Below the pieces are notes generated by a model. It saw only the letters and a program-made list of their open reading frames with translations, was not told where the DNA came from and did not search any database. From an uncultured Acidobacteriota bacterium (GTDB taxonomy: Bacteria > Acidobacteriota > UBA6911), in contig CAWHCF010000006.1 in NCBI GenBank assembly GCA_963827655.1, positions 224,001 through 288,000 on the forward strand: a DNA stretch of 64,000 bases, given 5' to 3'. The position numbers and the translations under genes were made by a program. Shown here in pieces: positions 53,083 through 64,000 of the stretch (position 1 is the stretch's first letter; the number at the start of each line of letters is the position of its first letter).

Positions 53083-54798
53083 TCAATTGCTGGTAGGCTT
53101 TTTCGCCTCGATCGCGGGTTCTTGCTCGGCCATCCGCTCCAACCCGACCAGCTTCCAGCCGTCATTCGTCCGGCGAAAGAATACACGTACGGGCTTCGAC
53201 CAGGCTGCATGGGGGGAACCATTACCCCGGACTTCAGCCAGAATGAAACTGCCTGGAGTCTTCGGCAAACCCGCCGGCGCGGTGATGCGGTCACCCGAAC
53301 CCTGGGTTTCGCCCAGCGGGGCGGTCGCGCCCGTGTTGTTATCAAAGGTATGCCAGGAAGCCGCGGTTGAAGCCGCCGGTTGGGCCACACCCGCCTTCAC
53401 TGCGGCGTTTTCGAAGCTCAGGACACCGGACGCGTCGAGGGAAAAATTCACCAGGGGATTGATGCGCGTCAAGTAAACCTGGCCGATCTTGTTGCGCCTC
53501 TGAATGAGCACATCCGCCAGAAGTTTCTCGGCCTCCGGGTCGGTGTACTGGCCGCTCTTGACCATAGCCCGAACCATCTCGTCGCTGATGGCCATCACGC
53601 GGCGCGCGGCCCAGAAGTTGTCGTCATCGCGCGCTCGCAGCATGGCGGCCATGGGCACGCGGCTCTTCCATTTCTCGGGGTCGAATACCTCGCCCTCGAA
53701 CCGGCCGATGGCCGGGTGCTCCTTGTAGTCCACGGTCTGCCACGGCTGGAGATAGAATCCGAAACTCACCAGCCGCTTCAACGTCTTGTCCCCTTCATAG
53801 AGGTTCTCATACCCTTCGGTCCACTCGCGGGGAGCGTTGGCTCCCATTCCAAACGTGGAACCCACGTCCAGCAGGTAGTGCCGCACCCGCGCCTTTCCGT
53901 TTTCAGTGATGAGCGTGTCCATGGTGTTGAGGGCTTTCAGGTCCACCAGGTTCGTCCAGGCGGCGAAGACCTTCAGGGCGCGCAGCTCGCGCCGGTGCTC
54001 ATGCGGAACGATATCATTGGGGTCGTCGGGCCGGGTCCCGAAGTACTTGAATCCCCCGAGAATCTTACCGGGCAGAAGGCGGCTGGCAAGAACCCGGTAG
54101 GCCCCGTCCGGTTTGCGCGCGGCCCTGTCCAGCGCGGGTTCAATGTCCTTGAGCTTCATGGGGCGCTCTTTTCCGGAGACCGGGTCAAATTTTGCCTTCG
54201 GATCAACCTCCAGTTGCTCCCGGCGGAACTCGCTGATGTGGTATTCCGCCTGAAAATAGCCCAGCGTCCAGAAGATCCTCATGGCGATCACCGCGGAAGC
54301 CGAGGCGCCTTCCGGGTTGCTCTTGGGATCGAACGCCAGGAACCAGGTCTCCCCGGCGCTGTCACGAATCGTGAAACCAGGGGCGTCGCCCTCGGTCTTG
54401 GCGCGGATAATTGACCATTTACCCGGGGCGGGTCCGTTGGTGGTGAGCGGACCGCGGACGGCTTCCTCAACGCTCACGGGCCGGGCAAGAATGCGATTGG
54501 TGAACCAGCTGGAATCGGGCACTTCGTCGATGGTATTGATATTTTTCGCGCGCGGGCCCGCGGGTTCTCCCGGACTGCCGAACTGGTTCAGTAACAGGTC
54601 ATAGAACAGGTCAATTTTCCAGGGAACCACCCGCGACGCATCCTGCGTTTCCGGTTCAACTGCAATGGGGTCGTCATCGTAGAACTTCGGCCCGGTGCTT
54701 GCCGACGCCACGAACGAGACCAGCAATAAAAGGGTCGCCAGGACCATCGGTCGCCAACCGTCGGCGCGTGGCCTTGAAGCTTGCATGTTTTCCTCCAT
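53083..54798 (-). CDS. Secreted hypothetical protein with atypical protein-kinase-like motifs
   Basis: Signal peptide; KTEGDAPGF.IRD..G..WFLAFD, AWTNLVDLKALN, YLLDVGSTFG. Confidence 0.65.
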   Translation of the reverse strand: MEENMQASRPRADGWRPMVLATLLLLVSFVASASTGPKFYDDDPIAVEPETQDASRVVPWKIDLFYDLLLNQFGSPGEPAGPRAKNINTIDEVPDSSWFTNRILARPVSVEEAVRGPLTTNGPAPGKWSIIRAKTEGDAPGFTIRDSAGETWFLAFDPKSNPEGASASAVIAMRIFWTLGYFQAEYHISEFRREQLEVDPKAKFDPVSGKERPMKLKDIEPALDRAARKPDGAYRVLASRLLPGKILGGFKYFGTRPDDPNDIVPHEHRRELRALKVFAAWTNLVDLKALNTMDTLITENGKARVRHYLLDVGSTFGMGANAPREWTEGYENLYEGDKTLKRLVSFGFYLQPWQTVDYKEHPAIGRFEGEVFDPEKWKSRVPMAAMLRARDDDNFWAARRVMAISDEMVRAMVKSGQYTDPEAEKLLADVLIQRRNKIGQVYLTRINPLVNFSLDASGVLSFENAAVKAGVAQPAASTAASWHTFDNNTGATAPLGETQGSGDRITAPAGLPKTPGSFILAEVRGNGSPHAAWSKPVRVFFRRTNDGWKLVGLERMAEQEPAIEAKKPTSN

Positions 54799-54810
54799 CG
54801 TTCTTCGAAC

Positions 54811-56034
54811 CTAGAATATAGCGTCGCCCGCGAAGACTATCTGCCAGCCCTCATTGCCGATTGCAAACTCAAGGCGCAGCGGTGTGGAACGAAGGCCGTG
54901 GAAACGAGCGCCGATCCCCACATCGCTCTTCATCTCCTTGAAGTTCAAATCCTTGCGCCGGCTGGCCACCTTGCCGGCATCGTAGAATAACGCCATATCC
55001 AAAGCCACCGAAGGGGTCCAACGGAATTCTGCAGTCAACAATAGACTGTGACGATCCCGGAACCGGTCGCTGGCAAAAGCTCTCAGGGTGCTGCCGCTGC
55101 CCAGCTGGGGCAGCAGGAAGTATGGAATCAGGTCGTTGTCATTCAGCGTGGTTTCCACGCGGCCGCGCGCCGCCAGGATCCAGGTTTCGCGCAAGATCGG
55201 GAAATGCTGAATGAGGTCTCCATCGAGCTTCTGAAAGCTGTAGGCCCCGTCCTGGTCGCTCTTATAGTCGTGGAAGGTGACCTGGTACAACCCGCCCCGC
55301 CGGGTGTAACCTGGCGACTGGCGCCAGTCAATCCCTGCCGACACTTGCGTGTGGAGATACTTGGGATCGACGCCCAGGCCCGGAACCGGGTCGGGGAAGT
55401 TTTCGATCGACGGATCTGCCCCTTCACCTTCTTTAGTGTCCCAGCGTTCGTAAGCTACGCTCCCCTTCAGCGGGATCCACCAGACCGGCCGGAAATCTAC
55501 GTGCCCATCCGCGTAAGTCTCCTGAAAACGAAAATTGTGGCGGTCATCACTCGATGTCTTGATGCCAAGTCCGTAGTAAGCCACTTTAGTCGCGTCCCGC
55601 CAGCCCAGGCGGGTGCCGAAGGAGAGCCGCCTCCCCAGGTGGTCTCGGGATTCTACCGCCCCCTCCACCAGCTTGTAATTCTCGAAGGAGTACAACCCCT
55701 TCACATCCCAGAAGCTATTGTCTGCGAAGAACCGTCGATAGCCGGAACCCAGAGTAATTCCACCCCCGTGATACACCGACGAAAAGTAGGGAAAATATCC
55801 CGAGGGATTCAACAGGAGCATCTGCTCAAACTTCTGAACCCACGCCTCGACCTTGTCCGGTCTGTGGGGCTGACTCTTCTTGAGCTTTTCTAGTTGCAGT
55901 GTCGCGAAAACGTCCTGTCGCGATTGCGGCGTTGGGGCCTGCTCCTGCGAGAGGCCTGCCCGTGAAAGGAAAGCCAGAGTGATCATTACAGCGATTGCCC
56001 TGTTCAAGCGTCTTGCCGATATCACAATTCTCAT
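54811..56034 (-). CDS. Omp85 (BamA/TamA-like) outer-membrane barrel without POTRA domains
   Basis: Signal peptide, LGSGSTLRAF..DRFRD lid motif, FYDAGKV, DVGIGAR, terminal Phe; about 407 aa. Confidence 0.82.
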   Translation of the reverse strand: MRIVISARRLNRAIAVMITLAFLSRAGLSQEQAPTPQSRQDVFATLQLEKLKKSQPHRPDKVEAWVQKFEQMLLLNPSGYFPYFSSVYHGGGITLGSGYRRFFADNSFWDVKGLYSFENYKLVEGAVESRDHLGRRLSFGTRLGWRDATKVAYYGLGIKTSSDDRHNFRFQETYADGHVDFRPVWWIPLKGSVAYERWDTKEGEGADPSIENFPDPVPGLGVDPKYLHTQVSAGIDWRQSPGYTRRGGLYQVTFHDYKSDQDGAYSFQKLDGDLIQHFPILRETWILAARGRVETTLNDNDLIPYFLLPQLGSGSTLRAFASDRFRDRHSLLLTAEFRWTPSVALDMALFYDAGKVASRRKDLNFKEMKSDVGIGARFHGLRSTPLRLEFAIGNEGWQIVFAGDAIF

Positions 56035-56265
56035 CTCCGAGTCTCCGAACTTCGAACGGACTGCAACCGCAACTCGCTGATCGGGCTTTGAAAGGGCCGA
56101 CACCAGAATCAACGAACCCATTCCAGACGCTAACGCTCCATGCGCAATTATAAGAGAATAGGGCTTTGGCATAAGTCTTTCTTCGCGTTTGTGGCTGACT
56201 CTGTGCAGCCTTAGGGTTCTTCCCGTCTGGTGGTAGATTTGGTCTTTTTACGACGACGAGGACTC

Positions 56266-58043
56266 GTGACTCCGCAAATTGGATTGCTGCTGTTTATCAT
56301 CGCCGCCGCGCTCGTGCTTTTTTCCCTGGAACGGGTCTCCGCCGATGTCATTGCGCTTGGGACACTTCTGGCACTTATCCTCACCGGCCTCGTTCCGGCC
56401 AACCAGGCTTTCGCAGGATTCGGCAGCGACGTGGTCATGATGATCCTCGGCCTGTTGATCCTGACCGCCGCGCTGCTCCGCACCGGTGTGGTTGAAATGT
56501 CGGGGAGAGCGCTGCTTCGACTGACCGGCGAAGACTCTCACCGCGTACTTGTGGTCATTACTGTTGCCGTGGCATTGCTTTCGGCCTTCATCAGCAACAC
56601 GGCCGCCACCGCTTTTTTTCTGCCGATCACGGTGGGAATCGCCGCGCGCGCTCGAGTCAGCCTGTCGAAGCTTCTCATGCCTCTTGCGTTTTCCTCCATC
56701 GTCACCAGTTCGGTGACCCTGGTAAGCACCTCAACCAACATTGTCATTAGTGGACTGATGACGCGCTACCAGATGGCCCCTATGGGGATGTTCGAGCTGT
56801 CCCCCGTAGGAGTGCCGATTGCCGTGGTTGGCCTGGTATACATGCTTTTCGTTGGCCGCCGCCTGATCCCGGACCGCGGCAACCCAAAGGATCTGGTCGA
56901 GGAGTTCGGGCTCACCCAGTATCTATCGGAGGTCTTGATTCTTCCCGACTCCAAGCTGATCGGAAAGACGCTGGCTGAATCCGGACTGGGCCGAGACCTC
57001 GATCTGACTGTTCTTCGGATTGTCCGTGGGAAGAGCCATATTGCGGCCGCGCGCTCACATCCGACTGGCAGCCGGAGATGTGCTGCTGGTCGAAGGACAG
57101 CGAGAGGGGATTCTCAAAATCAAAGACACCTCGGGGATCGATATCAAAGCCGATGCCAAGCTGTCAGACCCGAGATGTCGAGGATGAGGACCTCCGGCTC
57201 GTCGAGGTCATCCTGCTCCCCGGGTCGCGCCTGATCGGGCGAACTCTGAAAGGCTACCGTTTTCGAGAGCGCTACGGGCTGCAGGTTCTGGCGATCAACC
57301 GGCACCGTGAGACAATCCACGACAAGATGAGCGAGGTGCGGTTAAGGATGGGCGACGTACTGCTGGTGCAGGGTCGCCGCTCGAACATCGCCGCACTGGC
57401 AGACGACAATGCCTTTCGCATTCTGGGTCCGGTGGAGGAAAAGCGTCCCAACATCCAGCGCGCCCGGATTGCGGTCGCGATCTTTGCGGGAGCCCTGGCG
57501 GCGGCGACTTTCAATCTCCTCGATCTTCCCGTAGCGGTTTTGCTGGGAGCGGTGATCGCGTTCCTGACCGGCTGCATCACCCCCGAGGAGGCGTATCGGG
57601 AGGTCGAGTGGAAGGCGTTGATTCTGATCGGGAGCATGCTCGGGGTCGGGAGCGCGATGGATCACACTGGAACGGCCACGTATCTCGCGTCACAGATCGT
57701 GACCCTGGTCGGACAAGCCGACCCCCTGTGGATGCTGACCGGCTTTTTCGTGTTTACGGTTTTGCTCACTCAGCCGATGTCGAACCAGGCTGCCGCCGTC
57801 GTGGTCCTTCCGGTCGCCATCCAGACGGCGATGCAACTGGGCTTGAATCCGCGGACGTTCGCCATGATGATTGCGGTCGCGGCCAGTTGTTCCTATCTCA
57901 CGCCGCTGGAGCCATCTTGTCTCATGGTCTACGGCCCGGGGCGATACCGCTTCGTAGATTTTCTGAAAGTGGGCAGCCTCCTGACCGTTCTTATTTATAT
58001 CGTGGCGATCGTTCTCGTGCCTCTGGTTTGGCCGTTGCGATAG
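56266..58043 (+). CDS. SLC13/DASS-like permease with TrkA-C domains, frameshifts at about 57050-57175
   Basis: SAFISNTAAT, TSTNIV, two TrkA-C segments, MSNQAAAV, SYLTPLEP...YGPGRY.F.DF. Confidence 0.9.
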
Positions 58044-58079
58044 GGCGGCTTGCGCGCCTCGCGTCGTCTGGTTGACGTT

Positions 58080-58838
58080 TCATGGCCGCGAAACTGCCCA
58101 CCGTTCGATGGCGTCGTAGAGTACTTTTTCATCAAGGATCGGCTTGGCAATGTAATCGTTGAACCCGGCGGCGAGGTACTTTTCGCGATCACCCGACACG
58201 ACGTGCGCCGTCAGGGCGATAACCGGGATTTCTCGAAGGTCGGCCTCGGCGCGAATCTTCTCGAGGATTTCCAGTCCGTCCATCCCTGGCAGCGAAATAT
58301 CCAGCAGAATCACGTCTGGCCTGTCCTTTCGAATGCCCTCGAGGGCTTCCTGCCCCGTGCTGTAATCGGTGACGTGATAGAGATGCCCGAGAATGGCCCG
58401 CAAGAGCTCGCGATTGTCAGGGTTGTCCTCTATCACAACAACCTTCTTCATTCGGCTGTATCCTTTCTCTTTCTTGAGCTGCGCTGCCGCTTGCTGCAAT
58501 GCGCGTTCGAGTTCCGGGAAGAGAAGCCGGACCTCGGAATCCTTGTTCTCGATTGCAAGGCGCTCCAGCCTTCCGGCAAGTTCGAAAAGAATTCTCGCTC
58601 CCACGTTCCCTGCGCTCGACCGGAGCGAATGAACCGCACGCCCGAAGTTCTGAAGGTCGTCCTGCTTCAGGCATTCGCGCGCTTCTTCTACTTTTGCGGA
58701 CGTATGCGAACAGAATAGCTCGATCATCCTGTGCACCAGGGAATCTCCGCCAAGCTTTCGTAACCGCTCCAGCGCCGTAGAATCCACTACAGGCATTTCT
58801 GAGTCGTCCATTGTCCTGAACGCGGAAATCTGCGCCAT
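58080..58838 (-). CDS. Hpt domain fused to a CheY-like receiver domain
   Basis: VHSLRSSAGNVGA (Hpt His); VIEDN, LLDISLPGMDG, ALTA, AKP (receiver). Confidence 0.85.
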   Translation of the reverse strand: MAQISAFRTMDDSEMPVVDSTALERLRKLGGDSLVHRMIELFCSHTSAKVEEARECLKQDDLQNFGRAVHSLRSSAGNVGARILFELAGRLERLAIENKDSEVRLLFPELERALQQAAAQLKKEKGYSRMKKVVVIEDNPDNRELLRAILGHLYHVTDYSTGQEALEGIRKDRPDVILLDISLPGMDGLEILEKIRAEADLREIPVIALTAHVVSGDREKYLAAGFNDYIAKPILDEKVLYDAIERWAVSRP

Positions 58839-58883
58839 TCCTGGCGCAGTCGCGCTGTCGATCCGTGACGGATTCCGACCGAT

Positions 58884-59486
58884 CTACTCCTGTTTAGAAA
58901 GAAACGCCGTGACATAGCAAAGAAGCAACACCTGGAAGAGCCGGCCGAGCAGGATCGCCCTGAGCTCGCTGGGATTGTCCTCCTCAAGAACCGGAGCCAG
59001 CAAAGCGTCGACCAGAGCCGTCCGGGTTTCGTCAGCCAATTCGGGACGATTGGCGGCCGAAAGCCGCCACAGATGACTGCGAACGCGCCATGCTGACTGC
59101 CGGTGCATCGAGTCGAGGTCACGATTGTACGCCTTTACGTATTGTCGGCTCGCCAGCACCATCAGCGTTTCGCTCAAGCCTCCGATCACCAGTCGCCGCA
59201 TGAGATGTTTGCCGGCATCAAAAATGTTGTCGAGAACCACGCCGCCCACAGCTCCAATATCCAGCTTCGAAGCCAGCTCCGCGAAGGCGTGCGCATCGAG
59301 CTTCCCCTGAAGTTCCACGATATAGTCGTAGAAATCATCCAGGACTGCCGAGCGCCGAACTGATTTTGACCCGCTGCGTCCTGCGTCGGCTCCCTTCTCG
59401 ACCGAAAGCAGCGCCGCCTGCAAGTTCAGCAGATTGCCGGCGGCGGGCGCCGCCAGGACTTGCCGCAGCAGCATGACTGTGTCCAT
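58884..59486 (-). CDS. Hypothetical helical protein
   Basis: About 200-aa ORF co-oriented with Hpt-REC; no recognised motif. Confidence 0.6.
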   Translation of the reverse strand: MDTVMLLRQVLAAPAAGNLLNLQAALLSVEKGADAGRSGSKSVRRSAVLDDFYDYIVELQGKLDAHAFAELASKLDIGAVGGVVLDNIFDAGKHLMRRLVIGGLSETLMVLASRQYVKAYNRDLDSMHRQSAWRVRSHLWRLSAANRPELADETRTALVDALLAPVLEEDNPSELRAILLGRLFQVLLLCYVTAFLSKQE

Positions 59487-59772
59487 GGATGAATCCTGGC
59501 CCAAACACAACAGACAGGCAAAGAAACCGAGATGCAACGATAAGAAAAATGTTGGCGAGTTTCAACACCTGGTTACCGATTGCCTGGAGTCGTCGTGCCT
59601 TTGTCGTTGCGCTGGTCGAATAAATACCGCCAGGACACCAAGACACACTCCAACCGAGAAAACGGTTGAACGAAACCAGCCCATCACTTACTCTCTAAAT
59701 CAGCAACGCCGGCCGGGCAGGCGTCCCCTCCGATTATTCAACCGGTTCCTCCCGCTATGATGCTCAGGCACA

Positions 59773-59910
59773 ATGGCTGTTCGCGACATCATCGTCATCG
59801 GAGCTTCCGCCGGCGGTCTCCAGGCTAAAATCGGTTACGCCGCAGGCAAATCTGAGATCCAACACTCCGCGCCCCCTGCGGGACGGAGGAAATCTGCGCG
59901 CAGCAATTGA
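59773..59910 (+). pseudogene. Truncated CheB methylesterase fragment
   Basis: Hand translation MAVRDIIVIGASAGGLQA, after which homology is lost. Confidence 0.75.
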
Positions 59911-60088
59911 CGCTCTGCCAGGGGAATTTTGATTTTTTCGAATGTCAACCTCGAATGTGGCTCGGCCGAAGAAACGCCGTTGTTCTTTCTTCGATACTCT
60001 CGTAGAGTACCTTCATTCCGACGCTACGGGCGACTCGTCGACGCGTTCTCAATAAGCTGCGTCTGAACTCACGGGGTGGAGGGCCCCC

Positions 60089-63000
60089 ATGGTCAGAAAA
60101 AAGAAGAAGACTTCGTCCCGCAAGTCGCCCTCCGCTAGAAGTCGAAAGGTCCAACCGTTGGCGCCTATACCTCGCGCGCGCGCCAGCTCTCCCCGTGAGC
60201 TGAGTCACCGTATCGCCGACGCCGAACCTCCGACAATTGTGGGAATCGGCGCCTCGGCCGGTGGACTCGAAGCGTTCACTCAGCTCCTGCATGCCCTCCA
60301 GGAACGCTACTGGCATGGCGATCGTGCTCGTTCAGCATCTGGCCGCAAAGCATGAGAGCATTCTTCCTCATCTTCTTGGGGGCACGACGCGACTCCCCGT
60401 GGTTCAGGTCAGCAATGGCATGCTTCTGGAGCCGGATCACGTTTACGTCATCCCGCCTAATGCGTATATGGGGATCCAGGAAGGCAAGCTGCACCTGATC
60501 CCGCGGCCCGGTGACCAGAGGCAGTTCATGCCGGTCGACTTCTTTCTCCGCTCGCTGGCCCAGTACGCGCAAAACCGCGCGATTGGAGTTATCCTTTCCG
60601 GAACGGCCTCGGACGGCGCCATCGGGCTGCGCGAGATTAAAGCGGTGGGAGGAATCACGGTCGCACAACAGCCCGAGAGCGCAAAGTACGACGGGATGCC
60701 GCGCGCGGCCATCGCCACCGGGATCGTGGACCTGGTCCTCTCTCCGCAGGAGATCGCGGCGGAGCTTGTGCGCATCAGCCGCCACCCCTACATAAAGCAT
60801 GCAATACCGCGCCGGCCCGGCGACACCATCCCCGTCGTCGACGCGCAGCTCTTTCGAATCTTTGCGCTCCTCCGCAATTCTAGCGGTGTCGACTTCACCC
60901 AGTACAAGCAGCCGACGATCAAACGCCGCCTTCAGCGCCGCATGGTTCTCCACAAGGTCGCCAGTATCGACCAGTACATCAAACTGCTCGAGCAAAACCC
61001 CGACGAGGTAAAGAACCTCTATCACGACATTCTGATTCACGTAACCCAGTTCTTCCGGGAACCGGAATCTTTCGAGTTACTGATCCGGAAAGTATTCCCG
61101 AAGATCATGGAAGCCCGCAATGGAGAGAGCCCCATCCGAATGTGGGTGCCTGGCTGCGCGACCGGTGAGGAGGCCTATTCGCTTGCTATGGCCATGCTGG
61201 AGTTCTTTGAGGACGAGGCAGGTCACATTCCGATCCAGGTTTTTGCGACCGACGTCAGCGAATCGGCCATCGAGTTTGCCCGTGCCGGTGTTTATCCGGA
61301 GAACATCACCGCCGACGTCTCGCCCGAGCGGCTGCGGCGCTTCTTCAACGGGACCGATGGAAAGTACCGGATACTCAAGCGGGTTCGCGACATGTGCATC
61401 TTCGCCCGGCAGGACTTGACGCGTGATCCTCCTTTTTCGAAGCTTGACCTGATCCTGTGCCGGAATGTCCTGATCTACCTCGGCGCGCAGCTACAGAGAA
61501 GGCTGATTACGATATTTCATTACGCTCTCAAGCCGACCGGTTTCCTGATGCTGGCGGCGGCCGAGACCATCGGCCCGTACGCCGACCTCTTCAGCGCTTT
61601 TGATCGGAAGCACAGGATCTACAAAAAGAAAGAAGCCAGCCCCGGCAGCCCAGGTGCGCTTCTCGGCTGCGCCATCCGCCGTCTATCCTGTCGCAGCCCG
61701 AAAGATGGCACTCGAGGGACGCACCCGCGTCGCGATCCAGGAAGAAGCTGACAGGATCCTGCTCGCGAGGTTCGCCCCGGCCGGGGTAATCGTCGACGAC
61801 GATTCACAAATCATCGAGTTTCGCGGGCAAACCGGGCACTTTCTCGAGCCCGCGGCCGGCGATGCAAGCCTGAATCTTTTGAAGATGGCGCGCGAAGGCT
61901 TGCTCTACGGGCTGCGCACCGCGCTGCATGATGCGCGCAAGCGAGGAGGTCCGGTACGCAAGTCGGGACTCAAGGTCAAAGTCGATGGTCACTGGCGCGA
62001 TGTGAACCTCGACGTGATCCCGCTGCTCAAGGCGGGTGATTCGCCCCACTTCCTCGTTCTTTTTCAGGAAGCGACGGCTTCGACTGACACCAAGGCTTCG
62101 CCGGCTCAGCGGCAAAAAACAGAACCAGCACCGGGCAAACGCCACAAGGGCTCCAGGATCGCTGAACTTGAAAAGGAGTTGGCCGCCAGCCGCGAATATT
62201 TGCAATCGATCATCCAGGATCTGGAAGCGGCCAACGAAGAGCTGCAGTCCGCCAACGAGGAGATTCTGTCCAGTAACGAGGAGCTGCAAAGCACAAACGA
62301 GGAACTGGATACGGCCAAGGAAGAACTGCAATCTACCAACGAGGAACTCAACACTCTGAACGAAGAGCTGCATGGTCGTAACGAAGAGCTGGGCCTGGCC
62401 AACAGTGACCTGGTGAATCTGCTGGCGAATGTCCATATCGCAATCGTGATGGTGTCGAACGATCTGAAGATTCGCCGCTTTACTCCAATGGCAGAAAAGG
62501 TTTTGAACCTGATCCCCAGCGATATCGGTCGTCCCATCAGTCACATCAAGCCTAACATTCACTGCCCCGACCTCGAGCGGTCGATCGCCCAAGTGATCGA
62601 CACGGTTACCGTGACCGAGCGTGAAGTTCAGGACTCACAAGGAAACTCGTTTTCGCTCCGGATCCGTCCCTACAAGAGCACTGAAAATCGCATCGAAGGC
62701 GCCGTTCTTGCGTTGTTCGACGTTGACGCCGCCAAGCGCTACGAGACCGAGCTCCGAAACGCGCGAGAACATGCCGAAGCCATCCTTGACGCTGTGCGCA
62801 AGCCTTTCCTTGTATTGGACCGGGACCTGCGGGTGAAGGAAGCCAACGAGGCCTTCTGCAAATTATTCGACGTAACGCCGCAAGAGACTGCCGACCGCTT
62901 CATCGATGAGGTCGGTAACGGCAAGTGGAATGTTGTACGACTTCACGAGCTGCTCCAGGAAGTGCTCGAAAAAGGTTCTGATTTTGAAGGCATTGAGTTA

Positions 63001-63123
63001 GATCATAGTCTTTCAGCTCTCGGTCGGCGGAGAATACTCGTGGATGCCCGGCGAATACGGGGTGAGAGTGATGGGCGACCATTGATCTTGCTGGCCATGG
63101 CGGCTGGTGGCGCACCCCGATGA
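60089..63123 (+). CDS. CheB-CheR fusion with coiled coil and PAS domains, frameshifts near 60295 and 61650
   Basis: VGIGASAGGL, VQHL, ILSGTASDG (CheB); GCATGEEAYS, ILCRNVL (CheR); (NEELQS)n; PAS. Confidence 0.92.
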
Positions 63124-63146
63124 GCTCCGCCTGAGGTTTTTGCAGA

Positions 63147-64000
63147 ATGCCAAAAGATTATGGGCAGATGACCAAGCCCGAACTTATTGCTGAGATTCTC
63201 AGGCTCGAAGAGGAAGCCTCGAGGTTCGAGAGCACCAAACATGAACTCGACGTTCACCGCGAGGAGCTGCGGGCTCAGACCGAGGCGCTTATCGAATCGC
63301 AAAGGCTTCTGGAACAATCGCGCGACCGCTACGCCGACCTGTACGATTTCGCCCCCTTGCCGTACGTAACGATCAGCAGCGCCGGGCTCATCGAGGAGAT
63401 CAATCTGACCGGGGCCACGTTACTCGGAATCGAACGGCCCCGGATTCTGGATACGCCGTTCCTGTCGTATGTTGCGCCGTCAGCAAAGGTCGGTCTGGCT
63501 GAACCACATGACTCTCTGCCGGGCGGGCGGCTCCAGCGTGGTTACGTCGCTCAGCCTCACGACGCGGCAGGGATCGACCATCCCGGTGCAGCTCGTCAGC
63601 GCGCCCTTCGAGCGCAGCGAAGGGGGTTTCTCTTACCGCACGGCGATTACCGACCTGACCGAGAGGGAACATGCCGAGGAAGAGATTCGACGCCTCAACG
63701 CCGAGCTCGAAGACAGGGTGCAGCAGCGCACCGGGGAGCTCCAGGACGCCATCGAGCGGCTGCGCGAAGAGGTCGCCCAGCGAATCGCCGCCGAGGATCA
63801 GCTCAAGGAGTATGCCGCAGGCCCTCGAATCGGCAAACCAGGCGCTGCAGCAGGCCTCGCGAGGCAGCTCGGCTGGCCGACCGCGACAAGCTCGAGTGCG
63901 AACGCGTCGCACGCTCGGAGGCTGAGAAAGCCAACCAGATGAAGGACGAGTTCCTCGCGATTCTGTCGCACGAACTGCGCACTCCGCTGAATGCCATGCT
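63147..64000 (+). CDS. PAS sensor histidine kinase, N-terminal part, frameshifted, runs off the window
   Basis: [16 protein letters not shown]...INLTGA (PAS); [18 protein letters not shown] (HisKA H-box). Confidence 0.88.
   Translation, partial: MPKDYGQMTKPELIAEILRLEEEASRFESTKHELDVHREELRAQTEALIESQRLLEQSRDRYADLYDFAPLPYVTISSAGLIEEINLTGATLLGIERPRILDTPFLSYVAPSAKVGLAEPHDSLPGGRLQRGYVAQPHDAAGIDHPGAARQRALRAQRRGFLLPHGDYRPDREGTCRGRDSTPQRRARRQGAAAHRGAPGRHRAAARRGRPANRRRGSAQGVCRRPSNRQTRRCSRPREAARLADRDKLECERVARSEAEKANQMKDEFLAILSHELRTPLNAM

Noticed and set aside
62220-62400. Repeated AACGAGGAGCTGCA-like units
   Set aside because: This is the ordinary (NEELQS)n coiled coil of CheB-CheR fusions

Overview
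A 64-kb, GC-rich bacterial chromosomal window, most likely Acidobacteriota. This is inferred from the Oar-type TonB receptors, the S55 peptidase/propeller pair, MacB-like permeases and an STK-ECF pair. Frameshifts interrupt many genes, including groEL, and look like long-read indel errors. The core genes are a split complex I cluster (nuoA-C-G-H only), smc, purC, cvpA, groES-groEL with a CIRCE operator, cysS, mobA, yraN, tRNA-Gly(GCC) and tRNA-Cys(GCA). Four signals stand out. (1) A decayed ~9-kb integrative element sits in tRNA-Gly, with a degenerate att copy, arm-type repeats, an IHF site and an integrase C-terminal relic; it carries a Ser/Thr kinase, an ECF sigma factor and two secreted proteases. 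(2) Two families of short tandem repeats (7-mer and ~9-mer) recur at gene junctions as inverted pairs and run into the 3' ends of genes. (3) A POTRA-less Omp85 gene is coupled to a secreted kinase-fold protein whose canonical Lys appears replaced. (4) Tandem NrdR-like boxes lie upstream of smc. All family assignments come from motif recognition by eye; no database searches were run.
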